This document shows positions 31,447 to 40,821 of a DNA stretch of 64,000 nucleotides, piece after piece. Position 1 is the first letter of the stretch, and every line of letters begins with the position of its first letter. Made by a program: the position numbers and the translations under genes. Below the pieces are notes generated by a model. That model was not told the origin of the DNA and searched no databases. It saw nothing but the letters and a program-made list of their open reading frames with translations. The stretch is from Alphaproteobacteria bacterium (GTDB lineage: Bacteria; Pseudomonadota; Alphaproteobacteria; JABAAW01; JAHZMA01): assembly GCA_965206365.1 (NCBI GenBank), contig CBDBJL010000018.1:73374-137373 (forward strand), given 5' to 3'.

Positions 31447-31859
31447 TTAGTAGTTAGAGGGAACGCCGATTTTGCTCAGATAATCATCAAAAAGATGAGA
31501 ACTGACAAAATTGCCCTTATTATCTTTTGCTTTCACATCAGCACCATATTCGATTAAAAGGTCGATCACAGCAATCGTTTTTTCATAAGTAACAGTGGCT
31601 CATATTGTTCATCTTCACTACACCCACCCTCTTCGCTACACATATAATAATGTTTTTCCTCCTCATATATTTGGTACACGTATCTCCCGCGAATAGCCTT
31701 AAAAAATGGGGTCTCACTATAATCATTGCGGGCATTTACATCCGCCCTGGCATCTAGCAAAAGCTTCGCAGCAGCCAGATCGGCACGATAAGCCACTTGA
31801 TGCAAAGGCGTTTCTCCGTTAATACTACTACGTACACTCACATTATTTAGCCCCGGCAT
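31447..31859 (-). pseudogene. Frameshifted 3' continuation of the ankyrin gene (second module)
   Basis: Near copy of about 32400-32760 (TPLHQ...CSEE..CSEDE.YEP...YGADVKAKDNKGNFV), broken by three frame disruptions at about 31845, 31595 and 31490. Confidence 0.8.
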
Positions 31860-33711
31860 CTAGCAATAATTTGGTGATTTCAGCATCGTGGGCATAATAT
31901 AAGGGCGTATCTCCATCTTCATCTTTTGCATTCACATCCGCCCCGGCATCTAGCAAAAGCTTAACGCTTTCAGGATCATGGACATTATGCAAAGGCGTTT
32001 TTCCATCTTCATCCTTTGCATTCACATCCGCCCCCGCATCTATCAGTAATTTCGTAATCTCAGCATCCCGCGCCAAATGCAAGGGCGTGCCTCCACCTTC
32101 ACCTTTCACATTCACATCCGCCCCAGCATCTATCAGTAATTTCGTAATCTCAGCATCCCGCGCCAAATGCAAGGGCGTGCCTCCACCTTCACCTTTCACA
32201 TTCACATCTGCCCCCTTTTCAATCAAAAAAATCGCAATCTTATCCCTTCTGTGAAGAAGAGCAGAATATAAGAAGGTGTTGCCAGCCTTATTTTTGATAT
32301 TAATATCAATGTTCTTTGTCAGTAATTCTTGAATATTTAAAAGGGCTGCATTTTTCTCATCCATATAATCATCATCTGTTACTCCAGGATCAAGGAGAAC
32401 GCCGATTTTGCTCAGATAATCATCAAAAAGACGAGAAATGACAAAATTGCCCTTATTATCTTTTGCTTTCACATCAGCACCATATTCGATTAAAAGGTTG
32501 ATCACAGCAATCGCTTCTTCATAAGTGACATTACTAGTGGGCTCATATTCCTCATCCTCACTACACGCATCTTCTTCACTACACTCAATATAATGTTTCT
32601 TTTCATAAAATAATTTCTGCAGGAAACTTCCATAAACAGCGTAGAACAATGGGGTTTTACCATCATCATTACGGGTATTCACATCTGCCCCAGCATCTAG
32701 CAAAAACTTCGTAGAAACCAGATCGGCATTAAAAGCCGCTTGATGCAAGGGCGTATCTCCACCTTCACCTTTCACAGTCACATCCGCCCCAGCATCTAAT
32801 AACAGTTTGATGCTTTCAGCATTACGGGCCTTATGCAAGGGCGTATCTCCACGTTGATCTTTTACAGTCACATCCGCCCCCGCATCTAGCAAAAGCTTCG
32901 CAGAAGCCAGATCAGCACGATAAGCCGCTTTATGCAGAGCTGTGCCATACCGGTTCCCTGCATTCACATCCGCCCCCGCATCTAATAAAAGCTTGATACT
33001 CTCAGCATTGCTGACATAATGTAGAACCGTCTCTCCATGATCAGTTTTTGCATTCACATCCGCCCCGGCATCTAGCAAAAGCTCTATAGCTTCAATACCC
33101 AAAAAATTATGGAGAGGCGTTTTTCCATCATCAGACTTTACATTAACGTAAATGCCCGCCCCAGCATCCAACAATAATCTGATCTTTCCAGCATTCCAAG
33201 CATCATGCAAAGGCGTTTCTCCAAGATCATCACGGGCATTCACATCCGCCCCAGCATCTAACAATAATTTGGTGATTTCAGCATCGCGGGCCCAATGCAA
33301 AGGCGTATCTCCATCCTTAGTTCTTGCATTCACATCCGCTCCCTCTTCAATCAAAAAAATCGCAATCTCATCCTTTTCATAATAAACAGCATCATATAAT
33401 AAACTTTCACCGTCTTTATCTCTGCTATTAATATCGATGCCCGTTGCCAATAATTCTTGAATATCAGCAAGGGTTGCCGTCCGCATATAAAATAAAGATT
33501 TCAATCGAGGATCCAGAGGATCTGTTTGCGCTGTTTCTTCAGCCTCTACTATGGTTTCACTTTCTACAATTTCTTGAAATTGATCATCATTGAAATCATC
33601 GTAGGCTGTGAAGTGAACAAAGCTTCTCCAGCCAATGAAAATAACAAATATAATCACGCTGAGAACAGCGATGGTTTGTTTAATTCTTCGCCATAATTTC
33701 GCCATAAGCAT
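31843..33711 (-). CDS. Membrane-anchored ankyrin repeat protein
   Basis: Basic N-terminus, one TM helix (IAVLSVIIFVIFIGW) and many TPLH...LLLDAGADVN repeats. Confidence 0.92.
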   Translation of the reverse strand: MLMAKLWRRIKQTIAVLSVIIFVIFIGWRSFVHFTAYDDFNDDQFQEIVESETIVEAEETAQTDPLDPRLKSLFYMRTATLADIQELLATGIDINSRDKDGESLLYDAVYYEKDEIAIFLIEEGADVNARTKDGDTPLHWARDAEITKLLLDAGADVNARDDLGETPLHDAWNAGKIRLLLDAGAGIYVNVKSDDGKTPLHNFLGIEAIELLLDAGADVNAKTDHGETVLHYVSNAESIKLLLDAGADVNAGNRYGTALHKAAYRADLASAKLLLDAGADVTVKDQRGDTPLHKARNAESIKLLLDAGADVTVKGEGGDTPLHQAAFNADLVSTKFLLDAGADVNTRNDDGKTPLFYAVYGSFLQKLFYEKKHYIECSEEDACSEDEEYEPTSNVTYEEAIAVINLLIEYGADVKAKDNKGNFVISRLFDDYLSKIGVLLDPGVTDDDYMDEKNAALLNIQELLTKNIDINIKNKAGNTFLYSALLHRRDKIAIFLIEKGADVNVKGEGGGTPLHLARDAEITKLLIDAGADVNVKGEGGGTPLHLARDAEITKLLIDAGADVNAKDEDGKTPLHNVHDPESVKLLLDAGADVNAKDEDGDTPLYYAHDAEITKLLLDAGAK

Positions 33712-33721
33712 GGCCCTTTCT

Positions 33722-33757
33722 AAAAAAATGCTAGCTTTGTTTATACAAAGCTAGCAT
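33722..33757 (-). terminator. Perfect 13-bp hairpin plus T7 tract immediately before the ankyrin gene RBS
   Basis: ATGCTAGCTTTGT-N4-ACAAAGCTAGCAT (33728-33757), then TTTTTTT-AGAAAGGGCC-ATG on the minus strand. Confidence 0.7.
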
Positions 33758-33789
33758 AAGTTTGCTTACATAACAATCAAAATATGAAT

Positions 33790-35721
33790 CTAGATTTTCT
33801 TTAAACTATTAATAATTTTTAAGATTTCTTCATATTTTCCTTTAATTTCTCCTGTTTCTGGATTTTTAATAGCCTCTCCATAAAGTGTAGTAATCTTCGT
33901 GATAGCTTCTGTTATTTTTCCAAACGCTTTATCCACTTCAGCAATATTTTTGATGCATGGATTTTGTGGATTCAAAGCCACTGCTTTCTGCAATGCCAAC
34001 CTCAACGCATGCAAGGCGGCAATATCGCGAATAATATCATGTTTTTTGGTTGTACTTTTCGCACCTATTGTGGTTAAAAAACTTTTAACATTGCGTAAAG
34101 CATCATTATAGGCTTGCGTGCCACGGGTAAAGATCGCAATGCCGCCTTTAATTTCGCCATTAGGATCTCCACTCATAATTACAAAACCAGCTCTGGCCTC
34201 AGCAGCCAAATCCCGAACCTTAAAGTTATCTATGGTACCAGAATCTAAACCCCTTATACCCAATTGTTTCGAGCCATGATATTTTGCATTATAGGCTACA
34301 ATTTCTGCCTCTAAGGCGGTGACCTCGTCACCCTGAATCCGCTTATCCTGAACAAAATTTTCAATATTTTTGCCCCGAATATATTGCCGTTCAATATGAA
34401 AATGCTCATTCCTAACTTGGCGATGATAATCATCATATTCAAAATAGGGTGAGCCATCCAAACCAAGCCCATATGGCTTATCACCTTTTACAAAATAAAA
34501 AGCTTTGTCACCCGATTGCCACTGCATTATATCGCCTTGTTTGATCTTGGAGATTGTAGCAATTTTTATTTTTTTACTATTTTTGGTTTTAGCAAAACCC
34601 TCAATGATCTCTTTTGTGATTGTTAATGTTGTACCAACCCTATAAAGCGTTGCACTTGATTGCTCTATGATCTCAGGGTTAACAATTTTACGGTAATCAC
34701 CAAATATATCACCCGCCTTGATGATATTGCCTTCATTCAGATTGTTGGGCACTCGGTTCATATGGCGATAGGTGATAACGCAAATTTCGCCTTCCCCCTT
34801 TTTGGAATTACTTACCCAAGCCACGCGCACATAATTTGTACTAGATACGCTTGGGTTATAGCTTGTATCATTTTGTTTAATGCCAATAATCACACTTCGC
34901 TTTCGATTATGTGGATAAGTTACAGCTCCAATTTGATGCCCACGCATGTTAAAATCATCGCCATGATGGGTGCGAATATCACCAGTTGTTTTAAAGCGAT
35001 TTTCGCCATATTGCCCAGTTAAAATCAGGTTAGCGTTTGCGGTATTTTTGGTAAGAATGATCGTAAGATTTTGTTGATATTCATCAGGACTCATCGCTGG
35101 CAGAGTGGCAAGATAGTTATTCGCTTCTGGAACCACGGCTTTTCCCTTTGTATGTTCTATGGTAACGCGTTCGGCTGTTTTTATGATCAGCTGTAACAAT
35201 TGTGGATCCACCAAATGATCTTTTTCATGAGAGCGAGGCTTCTCGCCAAATCTAATGATGCTACGCAAATTCTGAGAAGTCATCCAAGAAGATGCGTTTT
35301 TTTTCAGATAGAACAGCATCACCGGCAATAATTTATCTTGATCATGCTTTGTATGTTGCCATAATGCCAAAGTCTCGCATTCACCCAGCTTCTGTCCAGT
35401 CTCAATTTTGCCAAGAGAAGTTTGAATTGCCGGCAATTGCTTACGCTTCCAGTCTTGATAATTTTTGTTCCATTTGTCATACTCATGATAAGTCAATTGA
35501 ATTTGAGGTAGCATATTTTTGGTATGACGTTTCAAATCCACCATAGCCCGCGTAACCTCCTTGGGCAGAAGCCGTTCAATCTGATTGTTGCGTATTTTTT
35601 CAATACAGCTTTTTGTACTATAGCCCATTCGCTGATTGGTTCGAATTTTTTCTTGATATTCGGTTAATAATTTCATATGTCTGGGCAGACAATTCCTTTT
35701 TGTATCTTTCGGCCTCGCCAA
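33790..35721 (-). CDS. Hypothetical protein with a divergent M23 (LytM) zinc peptidase domain; start uncertain
   Basis: GQYGENR...THHGDDF (HxxxD), ITYRHM...EGNIIKAGDIFG and EHFHIE (HxH) occur in M23 order. No signal peptide is visible. Confidence 0.6.
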   Translation of the reverse strand: MARPKDTKRNCLPRHMKLLTEYQEKIRTNQRMGYSTKSCIEKIRNNQIERLLPKEVTRAMVDLKRHTKNMLPQIQLTYHEYDKWNKNYQDWKRKQLPAIQTSLGKIETGQKLGECETLALWQHTKHDQDKLLPVMLFYLKKNASSWMTSQNLRSIIRFGEKPRSHEKDHLVDPQLLQLIIKTAERVTIEHTKGKAVVPEANNYLATLPAMSPDEYQQNLTIILTKNTANANLILTGQYGENRFKTTGDIRTHHGDDFNMRGHQIGAVTYPHNRKRSVIIGIKQNDTSYNPSVSSTNYVRVAWVSNSKKGEGEICVITYRHMNRVPNNLNEGNIIKAGDIFGDYRKIVNPEIIEQSSATLYRVGTTLTITKEIIEGFAKTKNSKKIKIATISKIKQGDIMQWQSGDKAFYFVKGDKPYGLGLDGSPYFEYDDYHRQVRNEHFHIERQYIRGKNIENFVQDKRIQGDEVTALEAEIVAYNAKYHGSKQLGIRGLDSGTIDNFKVRDLAAEARAGFVIMSGDPNGEIKGGIAIFTRGTQAYNDALRNVKSFLTTIGAKSTTKKHDIIRDIAALHALRLALQKAVALNPQNPCIKNIAEVDKAFGKITEAITKITTLYGEAIKNPETGEIKGKYEEILKIINSLKKI

Positions 35722-35839
35722 AGGCTTTCACGATACATTCATCACAGCGATTGCCCAGCATCTGGGCAATTTTGGGTGCGTCCTTTCCGTGTTTTATTAA
35801 TGTTTCGAAACATTTTATCGTCTCATTTGATAATGCCAT
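35618..35839 (-). CDS. Small hypothetical protein, or the frameshifted 5' end of the M23-like gene
   Basis: AGGAGA RBS before the ATG at 35839; overlaps the 643-aa ORF in another frame. Confidence 0.45.
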   Translation of the reverse strand: MALSNETIKCFETLIKHGKDAPKIAQMLGNRCDECIVKAFGEAERYKKELSAQTYEIINRISRKNSNQSANGL

Positions 35840-36380
35840 TTGCTTTCTCCTAATGACTTTGTTCAAGTAAATATCTTGAACCTATTATAACGCAATCCAA
35901 GGGCTTCGAAATAGTTATTCACCATTTGTTCACCGATTTCTGCATTTAACCAGTAAATTCAAGGGATTGCCAGAGGGAAAAATGAAGAAAAAACCCTCGA
36001 TTTTGCGGCGATTTCACCCCGAAAATCAAACAAAAGCTTCGATTTCAGCAAGAAAACCCATCAATTTTGCTTAGATTCGCGCTAAAATCCCGATTGATTC
36101 TTAGAAGATTCGCACGAAGATCCTGAGCATATATTATAAGGGGACCAGCCGATGGACACCCCCCTTAACATCCCCCCGCCATTATAATTTAAAGGGGGGT
36201 GCGTACTTCATTGATTTTGCAAGGAAAGATAGCGGGGGCAGGCATCCCGCTGTTATAAATTACACCCACAGCATTACCGATTAATATCGGTTAGAGACGA
36301 TGCGTATTGCGTTAGGACTAAGATTAGTGTATGTGTTATACTGGGAAAGATTATATTTTACTACAAGGAAGGAAATTTTT

Positions 36381-36956
36381 ATGTCGTTACTTACAAAAAG
36401 CGAAACTCTTAGCCCGATAGGTGCAGAAGATTTTGCTCTTAACCGTAAAATATTAGCAGTTTTGTTAGGCAGTGCTTTTCTAACCATTTCATCTTATATC
36501 TCCGTGCCATTTTATCCTGTACCTGTAACCATGCAAACTTTTGCAGTGCTCTTAATTGGGGCTCTTTATGGTTGGCGAATGGCATCTGCTACTGTGGCTA
36601 GCTGGTTGTTGGCCGGTGCTATTGGTGTGCCAGTTTTTGCAGGCGGTGGCAGTTTTGCTTCGCTTATTGGCCCTACAGGTGGTTATTTGATTGGATTTTT
36701 GGTGGCAAGTAGCGTGATTGGCTTTTTTAGCAATCGTGGTTGGAATGGTGATAAGCCATTATTAGCATTTTTAGCAATGCTACTTGGTGTTATTCTTATT
36801 TTTGGGTTTGGTTTTGCGTGGTTATCAAAATTTATCGGATTTGAACAAGCTTTTGTAGTTGGCGTTGTACCTTTTATTTTCGGTGATATTTTGAAGGCTG
36901 TGCTTGCTGTTTCTGTACTTCGGTTAATCGCAATAAAAATGAAAAAGAGTACATAA
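36381..36956 (+). CDS. bioY: Biotin transporter BioY
   Basis: PVPVTMQTFAVLL, GAIGVPVFAGG, GPTGGYLIGF and PFIFGDILK motifs; AAGGAAGGA RBS before 36381. Confidence 0.93.
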   Translation: MSLLTKSETLSPIGAEDFALNRKILAVLLGSAFLTISSYISVPFYPVPVTMQTFAVLLIGALYGWRMASATVASWLLAGAIGVPVFAGGGSFASLIGPTGGYLIGFLVASSVIGFFSNRGWNGDKPLLAFLAMLLGVILIFGFGFAWLSKFIGFEQAFVVGVVPFIFGDILKAVLAVSVLRLIAIKMKKST

Positions 36957-37255
36957 ATTTTAATGACGATTGCGCTGAGACCGCATCATTTTTGATGCAT
37001 GCTAACTTTTCAAGGTTATGGTTACAATGATAAACTAAAAGACTTATTCATCTGACTTTACAAAAATGTAAAAGGTCGCAGTATCTTGCTACTAACGACC
37101 CCATCATTTCCATGCTTATGTATCTGCTACGATAAGACAGAATAAAGAGATATGGGAATGCGGTTTTTGACACATTTTTTCATATGAAACTTAACAAAGA
37201 TTCCTTTATATTCTATAGTTTAACCATAATTACTTGTTAAGTTATGGGTTATATT

Positions 37256-38142
37256 ATGAAAAAACATGTAAAACATTGAGTCTTTTTAGTTTGATGGAAT
37301 TATATCCAACAAAGAAAAATGCCATAGAATATTTTGAAAAAATCAGATGGGGTAATAAACCAACTTGTGGTAAGTGTTTCGGTCATTCAAAAATCACTGA
37401 CAGAAAAAGAAGGGTGATTATTGGTGTGGTTCATGCAGGGCATATTTTACAGTGTTCACCAATACGTCATTAGAAAGAAACAAGATTGATCCTAGAAAAT
37501 GGTTATATGCCAGTTATTTACTTTTGACTTCGCGTAAGGGTATTTCTAGTCTTCAAATATCGAAAGAATTGGGTATCAGACAATCTACGGCATGGTATAT
37601 GATGCATCAATTGCGAATGTCTTGTGAAACTAGCAGTGATTTGTTGCCGGGTATTGTTAAGATTGATGAAACTTATATTGATGAATTTGAAAGAAACAAA
37701 CCTGCACATAAACGCACAAAGAGTGATCAAGGGTAAACCTGTCTGTGGGTATGCTGGTGAGGTAAAGGCTCGTGCTTTTACGAAAGTTAATTCTATGGCA
37801 ATTTAAAGTTACATTGATGCCAATGTCAAAGAGGGTTCTATACTGTCTACTGATGAGGCAAGATTTGATAAACCTAAAGGTTATGAAAAGATTTTTGTTA
37901 ATCACAATGCAAAAGAATGGGTCAATGGTATAGCAGCACCAATGGGATTGAAAGCGTCTGGGCCGTGCTAAAACGGGGTTATCATGGTAGATTTCAGTAA
38001 AAAGCACATTGACAAATATATCAATGAATTTACTTTTAGATTGAATGAGGGCAATGTTAAGATAGACATTGCTGACAGGATTGATAGTTTGTTTAGGAAC
38101 ATGATCGGTAAGAAAATAACATATAAGGAATTGGTTTCTTAA
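37256..38142 (+). mobile_element. IS1595-family transposase pseudogene with multiple frameshifts
   Basis: Fragments across frames: IRWGNKPTC..C (Zn ribbon), KGISSLQISKELGI.QSTAWYM, KIDETYI, STDE, VNH, NGIESVWAVLKRG and KHIDKYINEFTFRLN. Confidence 0.88.
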
Positions 38143-38480
38143 ATATTTGTAGAATTGTCAAGAAAACATGACAAAAAATGGTTGATATTTTTTGTCAATT
38201 TATGTTTTGGTTGGACGTTACTTGTGTGGATAGGTACTCTTATATATTCAATGATGGGTGCTACAGAGTTTAAGAACACGGATAAGGATTTTTGAGTATA
38301 TGAAACAAAAAATATTAGAAACTGCCGCAAAGGGATTGTTAAGTCTTAATGCGGCAGAACATAAAAAACTTAAAGAACTAACAAAGGCAAAAACGCTTTG
38401 TGATGCGTGTTGACAGGAATGGTAAAATTGTGATGAAAGAAGGCAAATGTCAACATTGCAAGAATGATTTGTCAAGTTAA

Positions 38481-39323
38481 ATGGATAAGTCTCAAAAATT
38501 ATATGCTGTTTTAGGGGATCCGATTAGCCATTCACTTTCTCCTAAGATTCATCAATTTTGGATGGATGAATATCAAATGAATACGGATTATGTTGCATTG
38601 CCTGTCGCAGCAAAAAATTTTCCTGAGATATTAACATTTTTACCGAAAATGGGTTTTCATGGGATTAATCTTACAATTCCACATAAAGAAATTGCATTGC
38701 CTTTATGTGATGAATTGTCAGATGCGGCTAAAGAAATAGGTGCCGTAAACACAATTTTGTTTCAAAATGGCAAAATTTTTGGTGATAATACTGATGCGCA
38801 AGGTTTTATAACAGCACTGAAAAAGGAGGGAAATTGTAAAAATTTTACGAATAAAAAAGCGGTTATTATCGGTGCTGGTGGTGCTAGTCGAGCTGTGATT
38901 TATGGTTTGCTTCAAGAAAAAGTTTCTCATATCGCTATTGTTAATCGTACTTTAGAACGTGCACAAAAATTATGTAATTTTTATCAAAAAAATTATGATC
39001 AAGTGATTTTTGAAGCTTTGTCTGTGATCGAAGATGTATCTTGTGATTGTGATTTTATTATTAATTCTTCCAGCTGTGGTATGAATGGTGATCATGATAT
39101 TGTCATAGATTTTCATAGATTTTCTGCTCCGATTATTTATGATTTGGTTTACAAACCCCGAGTAACAAAATTTTTACATGATGCAAAACTAGCACAATTT
39201 ACTGCCATTAATGGTTTGGGAATGTTACTTTATCAAGCGGCGTATGCTTTTGAAATATGGTTTGGTGTTCTTCCTAATGTTGGGCAAAAATTGCGTGATT
39301 CTATCCATGAATTAACCGGATAA
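38481..39323 (+). CDS. aroE: Shikimate dehydrogenase
   Basis: GDPISHSLSP, NLTIPHKE, GAVNT, NTDAQG, GAGGASRA, DLVY and GLGMLLYQA motifs. Confidence 0.96.
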   Translation: MDKSQKLYAVLGDPISHSLSPKIHQFWMDEYQMNTDYVALPVAAKNFPEILTFLPKMGFHGINLTIPHKEIALPLCDELSDAAKEIGAVNTILFQNGKIFGDNTDAQGFITALKKEGNCKNFTNKKAVIIGAGGASRAVIYGLLQEKVSHIAIVNRTLERAQKLCNFYQKNYDQVIFEALSVIEDVSCDCDFIINSSSCGMNGDHDIVIDFHRFSAPIIYDLVYKPRVTKFLHDAKLAQFTAINGLGMLLYQAAYAFEIWFGVLPNVGQKLRDSIHELTG

Positions 39324-39326
39324 TTT

Positions 39327-39959
39327 GTGTATATTATTGGCATTACTGGTTCTATTGCTACGGGCAAAACAACACTTGCAAAAACTTTTTTACGACGCGG
39401 TGCTGTGGTTTTTGATGCTGATAAACAAATTCATCAATTGTTAAAAAATAAAGCAACGCAGCCGATATTAGAAATGTTTCCTCAAATTGGCGAGCAAGAA
39501 TCAGGAAAAATTCAGATTAATCGAAAAAAATTAGGAAAAATTGTATTTGCCGATATTACAGCATTGCAGAAGATTGAAGCTATATTGCATCCAATGCTTT
39601 ATCAGGAAATGAAAAAATTTATGCGCGAGGCTTATTGTAAAAAATATGATTTTGTAATTTTAGACATACCCTTATTATTTGAAAAAAATATGGCTCGGTA
39701 TTGTGATCTTGTAATTTTAGCGGATGTTCCAGCTTATATCCAAAAAATGCGACTGGAGCAGAAGCGACATTTAGATTTAAAAACACAAAAGATGATTCTA
39801 TCACAACAAATGCCTCTCGATAAAAAACGAAAATATGCTGATATTATGATTCCAATGAATTTACCTTTCGGGATTATCAAACGGAAAATGATAGCAATTG
39901 ATGCAAGAAAGAATCACTATATTAAAGTTAAGAAAACTAGGCGGTTAGCTTTTCTATAA
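39327..39959 (+). CDS. coaE: Dephospho-CoA kinase
   Basis: IGITGSIATGKTT, FDAD, LGKIVF, ILHP and DIPLLFE motifs. Confidence 0.94.
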   Translation: MYIIGITGSIATGKTTLAKTFLRRGAVVFDADKQIHQLLKNKATQPILEMFPQIGEQESGKIQINRKKLGKIVFADITALQKIEAILHPMLYQEMKKFMREAYCKKYDFVILDIPLLFEKNMARYCDLVILADVPAYIQKMRLEQKRHLDLKTQKMILSQQMPLDKKRKYADIMIPMNLPFGIIKRKMIAIDARKNHYIKVKKTRRLAFL

Positions 39960-40821
39960 TTTGTCGATATTGTGCTTGGTCAGAAAAATGTAGGGTGATT
40001 TTACCCCCTTTGTTTTTTTGCTCAATCCCAACTTTAATCCCTAGATTTTCCTGTAAAAATCGTTCTTGATCTATGATATTTGGGTTTTTCTCTTGATGAT
40101 TTTCATTATTGGGTGAAAGATTTTTTTTAGATTTTGCTACCATTGATTCGACAACACGAACAGAAAGATTTTTTGTTGCTATTTGATTTGCAATAGCCAA
40201 AGCCTTAGCCTCATCTAGCCCTATAAGAATGCGGGCATGGCCGGCAGTAATAGAATTCTTTTCAAGTAACTTTAACACAGATTCTGATAAATTCAAAAGG
40301 CGCAAACTATTGGCAATTGCTGAACGGCTTTTGCCAATTCTCTCAGCAAGCATTTCTTGCGTATAGCCAAATCTTTCTTTCAGATGAGTTAGCCCTTTGG
40401 CCTCTTCAATGGGATTTAAATCTTCGCGTTGCATATTTTCAACCAAAGAAATTTCAAGAATTTCTTGTAAATCCATTTCCCGAATAATAACAGGAACTTC
40501 ATGGAGTCCGGCTTTTTGTGCAGCTCGCCAGCGTCTTTCACCCGCAACAATTTCAAACCGTTCATGGTTTTTTGTTGGGCACACTAATATCGGTTGTAAC
40601 ATACCGGTATTTTTTAAAGACGTTGCTAATTCTTGTAGGGCGTCTTCGTCAAAATGGTTGCGCGGCTGGTCAGAGCGTGGATTTAGCATTGCGATTGGTA
40701 ATTTACGGTAACCAATATTACGGGGATTATCGATATTGGTATTATTGCGAATATCCAAAACCGAAATTTCATCCCCTAATAAGGCTGATAGACCACGTCC
40801 TAGATTGGGCTTTGCATTCAT
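39937..40821 (-). CDS. parB: Chromosome partitioning protein ParB
   Basis: LGRGLSALLG, QPR, IVAGERRWRAA, ENMQREDLNPIEEA and an HTH (GKSRSAIANSLRLL). Confidence 0.96.
   Translation of the reverse strand: MNAKPNLGRGLSALLGDEISVLDIRNNTNIDNPRNIGYRKLPIAMLNPRSDQPRNHFDEDALQELATSLKNTGMLQPILVCPTKNHERFEIVAGERRWRAAQKAGLHEVPVIIREMDLQEILEISLVENMQREDLNPIEEAKGLTHLKERFGYTQEMLAERIGKSRSAIANSLRLLNLSESVLKLLEKNSITAGHARILIGLDEAKALAIANQIATKNLSVRVVESMVAKSKKNLSPNNENHQEKNPNIIDQERFLQENLGIKVGIEQKNKGGKITLHFSDQAQYRQIIEKLTA

Noticed and set aside
31447-33711. Ankyrin duplicated module as a diversity-generating retroelement TR/VR pair
   Set aside because: No reverse transcriptase is in the window, and the differences between copies include indels and are not visibly restricted to adenines.
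34911-34919. Perfect DnaA boxes (here and near 1946, 5734, 13212 and 55817)
   Set aside because: They are isolated, lie within coding sequence and are not clustered.
37176-37191. parS-like TTTTTCATATGAAACT
   Set aside because: Four mismatches to the consensus in AT-rich sequence.
38143-38480. Short ORFs between the IS remnant and aroE as a maf remnant or IS passenger gene
   Set aside because: No recognisable motifs; too short to support a call.
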